NCBI GenBank assembly: GCA_963816395.1
Contig: CAWFKQ010000006.1
Span: forward strand, 32,001 to 96,000
Direction of reading: 5' to 3'
Origin: an uncultured delta proteobacterium
Lineage (GTDB): Bacteria; Desulfobacterota; Desulfuromonadia; Desulfuromonadales; JACZKF01
DNA: 64,000 nucleotides
Shown here in pieces: positions 31,211 through 42,539 of the stretch. The notes below the pieces were generated by a model that made no database searches, was not told where the DNA came from, and saw nothing but the letters and a program-made list of their open reading frames with translations. How positions within the stretch are numbered: position 1 is the first letter of the stretch; each line of letters starts with the position of its first letter. A program made the translations under genes and the position numbers.

Positions 31211-32701
31211 CTATGTACAGCGTCCGTAGGTGCGGGTCATCTCCAGCAAGCGCTGGCGGATCTCGGGGGTGAGGGCATGCGGGGGGAAGCGCCACTGCCA
31301 GTTCCCGCCGGGTTTCCCCGGGGTGTTCATGCGGGCGCGGGCATCGAGGGAAAGGATGTCCTGCAGCGGAAAGATGCTCAGGTCGGCGACGCTGGCCATC
31401 GCCAGGCGGATCAGTTCCCATGGCATGTCCCGGCCGCTGTTGCCGAGATAGGCGCGGACCGCCTCCTTCTCCTGTTTCGGCAGCGATTTCCACCAGCCGA
31501 GGGTGGTATCGTTGTCGTGCGTGCCGGTATAGATGACACAGTTGCGCGGCAGATTGTAGGGCAGGTAAGGGTTGTCCGGACCGGAGCCGAAGGCGAACTG
31601 CAGTACCCGCATGCCGGGGAAAGCGAAGCGGTCGCGCAGCGCCTCCACCTCCGGGGTGATCACCCCCAGATCCTCGGCGACGATCGGCGCCTGGCCGAAT
31701 TCGCGCTGCAGGTGCTGGAAAAGCTCCTCGCCGGGGACCGGCATCCAGCTGCCGTTGATCGCCGTCTCCTCCTCGGCGGGAACCGCCCAACAGGCCTCGA
31801 AGCCGCGGAAATGATCGATGCGTACCAGATCGGTCTGACTCAGGTTCCAGCGGAAGCGCGCCAGCCACCAGGAGAAACCCTGCTCCGCCAGGCGCTCCCA
31901 GCGGTACATCGGATTGCCCCAGCGCTGCCCCGTCTCGCTGAAGTAATCCGGCGGCACGCCGGCCACCAGGGTAGGGTTCTGTTCCTCATCGAGGTAGAAG
32001 AGGTGGGGGTTGGCCCAGACATCCGCCGAATCGAAGGAGACGTAGATCGGGATATCGCCGAGAATGCGCACCCCCCGGCTGTTGGCGTACTGTTTCAGGG
32101 CGAACCACTGCTCGAAAAAGATGAACTGGGCATACTTGTGAACGAGGATCGAGCCGTTCAGTTCCTCGCGCCAGAAGCCCAGGGCCGATTCCTCCCGCCG
32201 CCGGATGTCCTGTGGCCACTGGTTCCACGGCTGGTCGTCGAAATGCTGGCGCAAGGCGCGGAACAACGCATAATCGTTGAGCCAGTAACCCTGGTGGGCG
32301 TGAAATTCCCCGTAGGCCAACCGGCGCTCTTCCCGTCCCTGCCGGTGGAAGCGTTCGGCAGCCTTGTGCAGCAGTCGCAGCTTGTAGCTGTAGGCGAAAC
32401 CGAAATGCGCCTCCCCCTCCGGCATGGCGACACCTTCGATATCTTCCGGGTCGAGGTCTCCCGCCTCCACCAGGCGCTCCGGGGAGATCAGCAATGGATT
32501 GCCGGCAAAGGCGGAGAAGGCGCTGTAAGGGGAGTCGCCGTAGCCGGTGGGCCCCAGGGGAAGAATCTGCCAAACCGATTGCCCGGTCTGCTCGAGAAAA
32601 TCGAGGAAGGCGAAAGCCTCAGCCCCAAGGGAGCCGATACCGTAAGGGCCGGGCAGGGAAGTCGGGTGCAGCAGAATACCACTCTGTCGTGGGAAGACCA
32701 T
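31211..32701 (-). CDS. malQ: 4-alpha-glucanotransferase
   Basis: GILLHPTSLP, WQILPLGP, GVPPDYFSETGQRWGNP, RIDHFRG, TGTHDNDT. Confidence 0.96.
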   Translation of the reverse strand: MVFPRQSGILLHPTSLPGPYGIGSLGAEAFAFLDFLEQTGQSVWQILPLGPTGYGDSPYSAFSAFAGNPLLISPERLVEAGDLDPEDIEGVAMPEGEAHFGFAYSYKLRLLHKAAERFHRQGREERRLAYGEFHAHQGYWLNDYALFRALRQHFDDQPWNQWPQDIRRREESALGFWREELNGSILVHKYAQFIFFEQWFALKQYANSRGVRILGDIPIYVSFDSADVWANPHLFYLDEEQNPTLVAGVPPDYFSETGQRWGNPMYRWERLAEQGFSWWLARFRWNLSQTDLVRIDHFRGFEACWAVPAEEETAINGSWMPVPGEELFQHLQREFGQAPIVAEDLGVITPEVEALRDRFAFPGMRVLQFAFGSGPDNPYLPYNLPRNCVIYTGTHDNDTTLGWWKSLPKQEKEAVRAYLGNSGRDMPWELIRLAMASVADLSIFPLQDILSLDARARMNTPGKPGGNWQWRFPPHALTPEIRQRLLEMTRTYGRCT

Positions 32702-32838
32702 GCCGTTTCTCCGTAGCGTTGGTGGAGCAAATTATGCCACAGGCCCGGGGAATTTCCTATCTCCTCGGCGCAGAGGCGGGCCTGCGTGACCCTCAAACGA
32801 GACCCTTTCAATGAGAAAAAAATCGGTAAATCAAGGGG

Positions 32839-32867
32839 TTGACAAAATATGACGGGTTTGGTGTAAT
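32839..32867 (+). promoter_or_regulatory. Near-consensus sigma70 promoter
   Basis: TTGACA-N17-TGTAAT with A-rich sequence upstream. Confidence 0.7.
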
Positions 32868-32873
32868 ACAAGT

Positions 32874-32953
32874 ACAAGATTCGCCAGGGAAGCCCGGACG
32901 CGGGTTTCCCTTTTCGCCCCGGAAGGCTCCCTCCTGCTTCCGGGGTATTTTTT
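32874..32953 (+). ncRNA. Candidate small RNA with two hairpins and an anti-SD loop
   Basis: Promoter directly upstream; hairpins at 32887-32910 and 32917-32945; TATTTTTT tail; loop CUCCCUCCU. Confidence 0.55.
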
Positions 32954-33140
32954 ATCTGCGCTCGCCCTCCCGTAGATCCTGCCTCCAGGTAAAAGCGACC
33001 CTCGAGATTTGAAATTGTATGCCGGCGGCTGGAATGCTATCCTTACGGCCGTCGCCCGGTGGGCGGCCGGTTTTGCAGGGATTGGGGGGAGTTGCCCCGA
33101 ATTTTTCGTGCTCGCGGGATTCGGATGAAAGGAGCGGAAC

Positions 33141-33698
33141 ATGAACGGAATCGGCCGGTGGATTATCCTAGGCTTAGTGATGGTGCTGGCGGCGGGTTGC
33201 ACGGGAAAGCACAAGCTGGTGGCCGGTGCGCCCGACTGGGTGAATCAGGGCAGCGGCGCCTTTGACCAGAAGGATGCCCGGGTCTTCTACGGGGTCGGCT
33301 CGGTGACCGGCATTGCCAGTCCGTCACTGGCCGTGCAGACAGCCGATCAGCGTTCGCGCGCCGATATTGCCGCCCAGATGGAAACCTACGTGGCAAATCT
33401 CTTCCGGGACTATCAGGCGTCGACGGCGGCGACCACGGGCAATCAACGCGTGGAGGAACAGCATGTGGAGGGCGACCTCAAGGCGCTGACCCAGGTGTCG
33501 GTGCGCGGCGCCCGGGTGGTCGAGCACTGGCGGAACCCCGATACAGACACCATTTATGCCCTGACCCGCCTCGATCTCCAGGCCTTCGCTGCCAGCCTGG
33601 AGCAGATGCCGGAGATGAATCCGGCGCTGAAGACTTTCGTCCGCTCCAACGCGGAAAAAGCGTTCGACCGGTTGCGTCAGGAAGAACATGGGAAATAG
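33141..33698 (+). CDS. LPP20-like lipoprotein
   Basis: Lipobox AAGC, PDWV, ADQRSRADIA. Confidence 0.75.
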   Translation: MNGIGRWIILGLVMVLAAGCTGKHKLVAGAPDWVNQGSGAFDQKDARVFYGVGSVTGIASPSLAVQTADQRSRADIAAQMETYVANLFRDYQASTAATTGNQRVEEQHVEGDLKALTQVSVRGARVVEHWRNPDTDTIYALTRLDLQAFAASLEQMPEMNPALKTFVRSNAEKAFDRLRQEEHGK

Positions 33699-33708
33699 GA
33701 GGATGCAC

Positions 33709-34308
33709 ATGTCGCGGTACCTGAAATATCTTTTTATCATTGCCCTGCTCGCTCTCACCGCCTGCACCGGCACCCGGGTCAGCCGGATCGATGCCGGTGA
33801 GGTCCGGGACCTCTCCGGCCGCTGGAACGATACCGACAGCCAGATGGTGGCAGAGGCGATGGTCCAGGATTGTCTGAACCGTCCCTGGCTGACCGAGTTT
33901 TCCGTCCGCACCGGCAAGAAGCCCGACGTCATCGTCGGCGCCATCCGCAACCGTTCCTCGGAGCACCTCAGCACCGAAACCTTCACCAAGGACCTGGAGC
34001 GGGCGCTGATCAATTCCGGCCGCGCCAATTTCGTCGCCTCCGCCGAGGAACGGCAGGGGGTGCGGGAGGAGCGCCTCGACCAGGACACCAACGCTTCCCC
34101 CGAAAGCCGCAAGGCGCCCGGCATGGAGGCAGGCGCCGACTACATGCTGATCGGCACCGTCAATTCCATCGTCGATCGGGAGGGGGGCGACAAGGTCGTC
34201 TACTACCAGGTGAATCTCGAACTGGTGGACATGGCCAACAACCGCAAGGTCTGGATCGGCGACAAGAAGATCAAGAAATTCGTCGAGAAGACCCGCTTCG
34301 GCCTTTAG
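33709..34308 (+). CDS. lpoB: PBP activator LpoB-family lipoprotein
   Basis: Lipobox LTAC, DLSGRWNDTDS, NRSSEH, GADYMLIG, YYQVNLELVD. Confidence 0.8.
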   Translation: MSRYLKYLFIIALLALTACTGTRVSRIDAGEVRDLSGRWNDTDSQMVAEAMVQDCLNRPWLTEFSVRTGKKPDVIVGAIRNRSSEHLSTETFTKDLERALINSGRANFVASAEERQGVREERLDQDTNASPESRKAPGMEAGADYMLIGTVNSIVDREGGDKVVYYQVNLELVDMANNRKVWIGDKKIKKFVEKTRFGL

Positions 34309-34329
34309 CCGCGGGGATCGTCGTCTTTC

Positions 34330-35605
34330 GTGAAATCGGGGAATTCCGGATATCGCGGGCTCGCCCTGGCGGCGGCGCTGCTGGCGGTCCTGACCGGCTG
34401 CGCCGGCTACCGGCAGAGCCTGGATGCCTGTCGCCTCCAGGCCGGCGCCGGCCGGTTCGGGGAAGCCCTCGGCACCCTGGAAAAATCCCCGCTGGCCAAG
34501 AACGGCCGCGACCGGCTGCTTTACCTGATGGAAAAGGGGGCGTTGCTGCGGCTGAGCGGGAGATTACCGGCGCAGCAACGAAATCCTCGAGGAAGCCGAC
34601 CGGCTGGAGGAGGAACTGTTCACCCGCAGCCTCTCCGCCGAGGGGCTGAGCTTTCTCACCAACGACAAGGTGGTTCCCTATACCGGCGAAGATTACGAGG
34701 CGGCCTATCTGAATTATTTCAAGGCCCTCAACTATCTGGATCTGAACGATCTGGAGGGAGCCCTGGTCGAATGCCGCCGGGTCGATGAGAAACTCAATTA
34801 CTACAGCGACAGCTACGGCGGCAAAAACGTCTACCGGGAGGATGCCTTCCTGCGGCTGCTGACCGGTCTGATCTATGAAGCCGAGGGGGACAGCAACAAC
34901 GCCTTTATCGCCTACCGCAAGAGCCTCGAGGCTTACCGGGGCTACCGGGAAAAATACGGGGTGGAGGTCCCGGCGCTCCTCTGGGGGCGGCTGCTGACGG
35001 CGGCGCGCCGCACCGGCTTCGACGAACAATATCGCACCCTGCGGGCCGAAGCGCTGGCGGCCGGGGTCGAGCCGGAGGAGGGGGGGCCGGTGGCCGCCGT
35101 CATCCTCAACGACGGACTCATTCCGGTCAAGCGGGAAGCGGCGATGATCTTCCCGACCGAGCACGGGGCGGTCAAGCTGGCCCTGCCCGCTTTCGCGCCC
35201 CCTGCACCGCTGCCGCCTGCGGACGTGCTGCTGGACGGCGGTCGGGAAATCGCCACGGAGCGCACCCAGGATCTGGCGGCGGTGGCCCGCCAGAGCCTGG
35301 AGGATAAGAAGGGGCGGATGCTGGCGAAGATGATCGCCCGTGCCGTGGCCAAGCAGGTGGCGGCGCGCAAGGCCGAGAAAGAGCTCGGATCCCTGGCCGG
35401 ACTCACCGCCCAGATCGGTGCCCTGTTGACCGAGCAGGCCGATCTGCGCTCCTGGACATTCCTGCCGGACGAAATTCGCCTGGCGGTGGTGCCGCTGCCG
35501 CCGGGGGCGCACACCGTCACCCTGAACGGCCGCGGCTGCCGGGAGAGCCGGAGCCTCGACGGTAACGGGCGGCCAGTGGCATTCGCCATTTTTCGGGATT
35601 TTTGA
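34330..35605 (+). CDS. COG3014-like TPR lipoprotein (frameshift near 34560)
   Basis: Lipobox LTGC, DRLLYLMEKG, PYTGEDYE, ALVECRR, ADLRSWTFLP. Confidence 0.78.
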
Positions 35606-35652
35606 GCCGGCGGCGATCGCGACCGCCGCTGTATTCACTGGAGGGTACGCCC

Positions 35653-36663
35653 ATGCTGAGAATCTGCGCCCTTACCCTGGTTGCCCTGGTCCTGTCGGCT
35701 CTGGCCGGCTGTGGCGCCCCCAGGCCGCCGGCCTGGACCCTCGATCCCGGCTCCGGCTATCCGGCCGGGGCCTTTCTGACCGGCGTCGGTGTCGCCGCCA
35801 GCCGGGGGGCGGCCGAGGACCAGGCGCGAAGCGAAATCGCCAAGATCTTTCAGGTCAGCATCCATTCCCAAGTGACCAGTTCCGAGTCCCAGGTGCAGTC
35901 GCGGGTGGGGGCGCTCGCCGCCGCGGAATACAGCCAGCAGGCCCGGGCCGAGCTGACCGCCACCACCGACAAGGCGCTGAGCGGGGTGCGCATCGCCGAG
36001 CTCTGGCCCGACCCGCGGAGCGGTGAATTCTACGCGCTGGCGGTGCTCGACCGGCTGGCGGCGGCCCGTCCCCTGCGCGGCGAACTGAACGACCTCGACC
36101 TGACCATCGCCGATCAGGCGCGGCAGGCGGAAGAGGCCGCTTCGCCGACCCGGCGACTCGGCTACTATCTCGCCGCCCTGCGCGCGATGGACCGGCGGCG
36201 GACCGTCGCCGGCGATCTCCAGGTCCTGGAGCCCTCGGGGCAGGTGGCGGAGCCGCCGCGGGCCGCCGCCGAACTGGCGGCCGGGGCCGATCGGGCCGCC
36301 GGCGAGATTCGCCTCGACATCGAACTGGAGGGGGATCGCGACGGCATCGTCAAGGGCTCGCTGGTCCGGGCGCTGACCGCGGTCGGGATGCGCCTGGCGC
36401 CGGCCGGCGAGAGCAACCTGACCGTTCGCGGTGAGGTGACGGCCAGCCCTTACACCACCGGCGAGCCCTGGCAGTGGACGCTGGCCTCGGCCCAGATCGA
36501 CCTGCTTGACGGCCGCGGCCGGGAACTTCTCGATACCCTGCGCGCCACCATCCGGGAAGGCGCCCGGCAGGCGGATCGCTCGGACACTCTGGCCCGCGAG
36601 AAGCTCGGGGAGAAGCTGGCGGTCCTGCTGGTCGGCCGCATCGGCACCCTGGACCACCCGTAG
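35653..36663 (+). CDS. LPP20-like lipoprotein
   Basis: Lipobox [33 protein letters not shown]. Confidence 0.75.
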   Translation: MLRICALTLVALVLSALAGCGAPRPPAWTLDPGSGYPAGAFLTGVGVAASRGAAEDQARSEIAKIFQVSIHSQVTSSESQVQSRVGALAAAEYSQQARAELTATTDKALSGVRIAELWPDPRSGEFYALAVLDRLAAARPLRGELNDLDLTIADQARQAEEAASPTRRLGYYLAALRAMDRRRTVAGDLQVLEPSGQVAEPPRAAAELAAGADRAAGEIRLDIELEGDRDGIVKGSLVRALTAVGMRLAPAGESNLTVRGEVTASPYTTGEPWQWTLASAQIDLLDGRGRELLDTLRATIREGARQADRSDTLAREKLGEKLAVLLVGRIGTLDHP

Positions 36664-36851
36664 GGGCGCAGCATGCTGCGCCCGGCTTTGCCCACGGATG
36701 TGGGTGCGGCAAGCGGCGACCATACGGGATTTTTCAGGCGCGTCCCGCCATTGACCCGGCGGGCGCTTTTGCGCTATTATCGTCAGGCAGACGGGGCCTC
36801 GCGGCCCCCCTTTTTTTGTCTCCGCCACCCTCCATTCGAGGTTTTTACCCA

Positions 36852-38438
36852 GTGAGCAATCAGCACCGCCAGGAAGTCGACCGCCGCCGCACCTTCGGCA
36901 TCATCAGCCATCCCGATGCCGGCAAAACCACCCTTACCGAGAAGCTGCTGCTGTTCGGCGGCGCCATCCAGATGGCCGGCGCGGTCAAATCGCGCAAGGC
37001 GGCGCGGCACGCCACCAGCGACTGGATGGCGATGGAGCGCGAGCGCGGCATCTCGGTGACCACCTCGGTGATGCAGTTCGACTACCGGGATTACGAGGTG
37101 AATCTCCTCGATACCCCCGGTCACCAGGATTTCTCGGAAGACACCTACCGGGTGCTGACCGCCGTCGACAGCGCCCTGATGGTCATCGACAGCGCCAAGG
37201 GGGTGGAAACCCAGACCCGCAAGCTGATGGAGGTCTGCCGCATGCGCAACACCCCCATCATCACCTTCATCAACAAGCTCGACCGCGAAGGGAGGGAGCC
37301 GCTGGAGCTGCTCTCCGACATCGAGGATACCCTGCAGATCGAGTGCGCGCCGCTGTCCTGGCCGATCGGCATGGGGAAGCGCTTCAAGGGGACCTACAAT
37401 CTCTTCCGCAAGGAGCTGTTCCTGTTCACTCCCGGGCAGGACCGGGTCAGCCAGGACGGCGTGGTCATCAGGGATCTGAACGATCCGCAACTCGATAAAC
37501 TGCTGGGGAGCCAGGCCGACGAGCTGCGGATGGATATCGAGCTGCTGGAAGGGGCGGCCAATCCCTTCGAGCTGGAGGAATACCTGAAGGGGAACCAGAC
37601 GCCGGTCTTCTTCGGCAGCGCCATCAACAACTTCGGGGTGCGCGAGCTGCTCGACGCCTTTGTCGAGCTGGCGCCGCCGCCGCGCCCGCGGCAGACCACC
37701 AGCCGCGAAGTTTCCCCCTACGAGGAGGGCTTCTCCGGCTTCGTCTTCAAGATCCAGGCGAACATGGACCCGGCGCACCGCGACCGGATCGCCTTCCTGC
37801 GCATCTGCTCCGGCAAGTTCACCCGCGGCATGAAGGTGAAGCATCACCGCATCGGCAAGGAGGTGGCGCTGGCCAACGCCACCATCTTCATGGCGCAGGA
37901 CCGCAGCAATGTCGAGGAAGCCTGGCCCGGCGACATCATCGGCCTGCACAACCACGGCACGATCAAGATCGGCGACACCTTCACCGACCGGGAGCCGCTC
38001 AAGTTCACCGGCATCCCCAACTTCGCCCCCGAGCATTTCCGCCGGGTGCGGCTGAAGAATCCGCTCAAGGTCAAGCAGCTGGAAAAAGGATTGGTGCAGC
38101 TGGCGGAGGAGGGGGCGGTGCAGGTTTTTCGCCCGCTGATGGGGAGCGACTGGATTCTCGGGGCGGTGGGAGTGCTGCAGTTCGACGTGATCATCGCCCG
38201 GCTCAAGGACGAGTACGGGGTGGAAGCGGTTTACGAGGGGATCGAATACGCCACCGCCCGCTGGATCGACTGCACCGACCGCAAGCTGCTGGCCGAATTC
38301 GAGAAGAAGAACCAGGGCAATCTGGCCCACGATGCCGAGGGGAACCTCGCCTATCTCGCTCCGAGCGAATGGCGCCTCGGCCATACCATCGAGCAGTGGC
38401 CGGCGGTCATTTTCCACAAGACCAGGGAACATAACTGA
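36852..38438 (+). CDS. prfC: Peptide chain release factor 3
   Basis: [45 protein letters not shown]. Confidence 0.97.
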   Translation: MSNQHRQEVDRRRTFGIISHPDAGKTTLTEKLLLFGGAIQMAGAVKSRKAARHATSDWMAMERERGISVTTSVMQFDYRDYEVNLLDTPGHQDFSEDTYRVLTAVDSALMVIDSAKGVETQTRKLMEVCRMRNTPIITFINKLDREGREPLELLSDIEDTLQIECAPLSWPIGMGKRFKGTYNLFRKELFLFTPGQDRVSQDGVVIRDLNDPQLDKLLGSQADELRMDIELLEGAANPFELEEYLKGNQTPVFFGSAINNFGVRELLDAFVELAPPPRPRQTTSREVSPYEEGFSGFVFKIQANMDPAHRDRIAFLRICSGKFTRGMKVKHHRIGKEVALANATIFMAQDRSNVEEAWPGDIIGLHNHGTIKIGDTFTDREPLKFTGIPNFAPEHFRRVRLKNPLKVKQLEKGLVQLAEEGAVQVFRPLMGSDWILGAVGVLQFDVIIARLKDEYGVEAVYEGIEYATARWIDCTDRKLLAEFEKKNQGNLAHDAEGNLAYLAPSEWRLGHTIEQWPAVIFHKTREHN

Positions 38439-38520
38439 AGCGGCAAGCTTCAAGCTTCGACTTCAAGATAATCCAAATTTCCTTCGTATCTTTTCCCCTC
38501 CGCTTGCCGCTTGCCGCTAG
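38437..38520. repeat. Heptamer repeat with inverse arm between convergent genes
   Basis: gcggcaa gcttcaa gcttcga cttcaa ... ccgcttg ccgcttg ccgctag. Confidence 0.7.
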
Positions 38521-40623
38521 GTTTCCGCCACCGGCAGCGTGAAATAAAACGTGCTCCCCTTCCCCAGGGTGCTCTCCGCCCAGATCCTGCCGCCGTGCGC
38601 CCGGATCACCTCCTGGACCAGGGCCAGGCCGAGGCCGATGCCGCCGGGAATGCGCCGGGCGCTGTCGTCCACCCGGTAGAAGCGGGTGAAGATCCTGCCC
38701 AGGGACTGGGGCGGAATGCCCATCCCCTCGTCCTTCACCCAGATCCTGACCGTCTTCCCCTTCCGCTCCGCCCCGACCGTGACCGTCCCCCCTTCCGGCG
38801 AGTACTTGATGGCGTTTGACAGCAGGTTTTTCATGACCTGCTGCAGGCGCTTGGCATCTCCTGCGCACCGCCGGCAGGCCGGGCGGGCAGTCGAGCACCA
38901 GGCGATGCTTTTTCGAAGCGACGGCGAAAAGGTGCACCGCTTCCTGCAGCAGGTCATGAACCGAAAGGGCTTCGAACTGATAATTCTCCAACTGCGCCTG
39001 TAGCCGCTGCAGATCGAGGAAGTTGCTGATCAGTTCGTTCAGCCGCTCGGTTTCGCGGTGCACGGTTTGCAGGTATTCATGCTGCTGCTCCGGCGGCACC
39101 GGGTTTTCCAGGAGGAATTCGACGAAGCCGAGCATGGCGGTCAGGGGGGTGCGCATCTCGTGGCTCACTGAGGAGATCATCTCGTCCTTCAGGTGCTCCA
39201 TTCTCTTCTGCTCGGTAATGTCCTGGGCGATGTGCACGCCGCCCCACAGCTCTCCCGTCTCATCGAGGAGGGGATAGACCGAGAGGTGGTAATAGCGGTC
39301 GCTCTTCGGTTCATAGAGTTCCCCAACCTCCGGCAACCTGGATTTCAGCATCTGCGCAAACGGGCAGACCTCCTCCGACTTCCTCCAGGCCGAAATGAAC
39401 CCGGCAATGCTTCCCGGTCAGCGGGCTCTGCGTTATGCTGTTCAGAAAGGAATGATTGGCCCGGTTCATTTTGAGGATCTTGCCCATTCCGGTCGAGAAT
39501 GGCGACCGCGTCGGTGATCGCCTCGAAGGTCTGCGCCCATTCCTCTTCGCTGCGGCGCAGGTTCGCCTCCACCCGCCGCCGATCGGCAATCTCCTGCTGC
39601 AGATTGCGGTTGAGGTCCTCCAACTCGGTCGAATAGACCAGGGCCTTGCCGGTCAGGGGGCGCAGCAGCAGAAAGATGCCGAAGCCGCCAAGGATCGAGA
39701 GGAACGCGGCGACCGCCAGCACCGAGGCGAACAGCCGATTGACATCGGCGTACAGGTCGGCCTGGTCCATGGTCACCAGCAGGCCCCAGCGGGTATGCCC
39801 GACCGGCGCATAGGCGACGATGTCCGGTTCCCCGTTCTGCTGCGCGCGCCCGCGCAGCAGCCCGGCTTTGCCCGCGGCTGCGGCCTGCAGGGCGGTGCCG
39901 TAAAGGGCGATCTCCGGGGCGGCGTTGTAGACCTCCCGTTCCCCGCGGCGGCCGGGAAAGAAAATTTCCGGTCGGCCGTCCCTGACCGTCCCCAGCAGGG
40001 AGTCGCCATTGTAGGGCATGTTCGTCGCTTCCCAGACGATCCGCTGCAGGTGCGCGATGGAGATAAGGATCAGTTCGAGTGCCGAGGAATTCTCCCTGCT
40101 CGCTACTGGATGGGGGCTGCGGCAAGCAGGTACGGCATGCCGGCGACGACCAGCGGGTCGGAAAGGGAGATCTGTCCAGTCGTCCGCGGGAATGGCTTCC
40201 TCCGGTACCCGGATCCCCACCTGCGTCACCCACTGTCCCTGGCGGTCACGGCAGGTGATCCCGGCGATTTCTCCAAAATCGGTGACGACCGGCAACAGGG
40301 CGTCCTGGAGGAGAGCCTGCAGCCTCTGCCGGGACAGTTTCCCCGCGTAATAGCCTGCCAGGGCGTCGCGGATCGGCTGCCTGTTCGCTACCAGCCGGGC
40401 GATGTCGAAGACTCGGGCGAGGTATTCCTCGACCCCCAGCGTGCGCGCCCGCGCCAGATGGAGGAGGTTCGTTTTCCTCCGATTCCTTCAGCCGGTTGAA
40501 AAAAGGGAGAAGGGAAAGAAACGATATGAGGATCAGGGCGGCCAGGGTATAGAGGACGGCATAGGCAACAGTTTTCCGCCGAAGGGATTCCAGCGGATTC
40601 TTGTTTCCTTTTGATTTCGGCAT
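38517..40623 (-). CDS. Membrane sensor histidine kinase with PAS domain (several frameshifts)
   Basis: TM, periplasmic domain, TM, WAQTFEAITD PAS, SHEMRTPLT H-box, NLLSNAIKY, GIGLGL. Confidence 0.85.
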
Positions 40624-40786
40624 GAAGACCGCCCAAGGGTAAATTTAAGGTCAATGATCAACTCTAGCAAACAGCGCCGGCGCGGCAATTTCCCAAATGG
40701 GGGGAATTGCCGCAGTTGCATCGGGGAGGAGGATAAAGGATAATAATAAATTCTTACCCATTTGTCTTCAGGAGAATGCATATCCA

Positions 40787-42197
40787 TGCCGCAATTCGCG
40801 CCAGGCACCCGCTACAGAATGCCCGTCCGGACGGTTCTGACCTCGGCCGGCCCGCTGCCGGAGGTGACCGTCCAGGGCTGGGCCCGTACCGTCCGGCGAA
40901 GCAAGGAAGTCACCTTTGTCGCCCTTAACGACGGCTCCTGCTTCGCCTCTCTCCAGGTCGTCCTGGAGCCTCGGCTGGCGAATTTCGAAGAGGTCTCGAA
41001 AGCCGGCACCGGCGCCTGCCTGGCGGTGACCGGCGAGCTGGTTCCCTCCCCGGCCGCCGGCCAGCAGTGGGAACTCCGGGCGCGGCAGGCCAGCCTGCTC
41101 GGCGACGCCGACCCCGACTATCCGCTGCAGAAAAAGCGCCATACCCTGGAATACCTGCGCACCATCGCCCACCTGCGCCCCCGCTCCAACACCTTCGGCG
41201 CCGTCTTCCGCCTGCGCAGCGCCCTTTCCTTCGCCGTGCACCGCTTTTTTCAGGAGCGCGGCTTTCTGCACGTCCATACCCCGATCATCACCGCCAACGA
41301 CTGCGAGGGGGCCGGGGAGATGTTCCGGGTGACCACCCTGCCGCCCGCCGGCCCGCCGCAGACCGACAGCGGCGCGATCGACTGGGAGCAGGACTTCTTC
41401 GGCGAGAAGACCGGCCTGACGGTCAGCGGCCAGCTGCAGGGGGAGCTGTTCGCCACCGCCTTTTCCGACATCTACACCTTCGGCCCGACCTTCCGCGCCG
41501 AGAACTCCAACACCAGCCGGCACGCCAGCGAATTCTGGATGATCGAGCCGGAGATGGCCTTCGCCGACCTGGCGGCCGACTGCGCCCTGGCCGAGGAGTT
41601 TCTGCGCTATCGTGGTCCTCTACGCTCTGGAGCACTGCGGCGAGGATCTGGCCTTCTTCAACGAGCGCATCGAGCCGGGGCTGATCGGCAAGCTGGAGAC
41701 GCTGGCCCGGGCCGAATTCCGCACCATGACCTACACCGAGGCGGTGCAGCGGCTGCAGAAGGCGGGGCGCAGTTTCGAATTTCCCGTGGAATGGGGGCTC
41801 GACCTGCAGTCGGAGCACGAGCGTTATCTGACCGAAGAGGTGGTCGGCGGCCCGGTCTTCGTCATCGATTACCCGGCCGGCATCAAGGCCTTCTACATGC
41901 GCCTCAACGAGGACGGGCGGACGGTGGCGGCGATGGATCTGCTGGTGCCGCGGGTCGGGGAGATCATCGGCGGCAGCCAGCGCGAGGAACGCCACGACGT
42001 GCTGGTGCGCAAGATGCGGGAGAGCGGCATTCCCCCGGAGAGCCTGTGGTGGTACCTGGACATCCGCCGCTGGGGAACCTGCCCGCATGCCGGCTTCGGC
42101 CTCGGCTTCGAACGGCTGCTGATGTATCTGACCGGCATGGAGAACATCCGCGACGTCATCCCTTTCCCGCGCACGCCGGGGAACGCCAAGATTCTGA
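40787..42197 (+). CDS. asnS: Asparagine-tRNA ligase (frameshifts near 41610 and 42190; start uncertain)
   Basis: [48 protein letters not shown]. Confidence 0.95.
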
Positions 42198-42266
42198 ACG
42201 GCCGGCACTTCAATAGATTTCGCCGGGTGGAGCGCATGAAGCACAGCAACTCTCCCGAAACGCAGA

Positions 42267-42300
42267 ACGGGTGATGGCATCGCCACCACCCGTCAGTTTT
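42267..42300 (+). terminator. Terminator after asnS
   Basis: ACGGGTGATGGC-atc-GCCACCACCCGT then cagtttt. Confidence 0.6.
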
Positions 42301-42317
42301 AGCAGGGACTCCAGTTT

Positions 42318-42539
42318 TTATTTCCCCTCGGTCAGCTCAGCGCAGCTCCAGCCGCCCTGTCCCTTCTCAGGACGTAAATGCCGATGCCCCGCTCCAGCAG
42401 GTAATCGAGCGCCCGCACGGCGACGGCAGACGACGACTACAGGTTCGGAGCCGGCACGGATCTTCTCCGCCAGTTGCTCTATCCTGGGCCGTTCGGCATC
42501 GACCGGGTAGGCATAGGTTGGGACAGCGCCGCGGATGCT
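42318..42539 (-). pseudogene. Rhodanese-like domain remnant
   Basis: IRGAVPTYAYPV...EPVVVVC, RALDYLLERGI.IYVL (shifted frame), EKGQGGW...TEGK*; no start codon of its own. Confidence 0.6.

Noticed and set aside
40700..40790. Asn leader peptide upstream of asnS (AAT AAT)
   Set aside because: No in-frame start codon and no terminator/antiterminator structure
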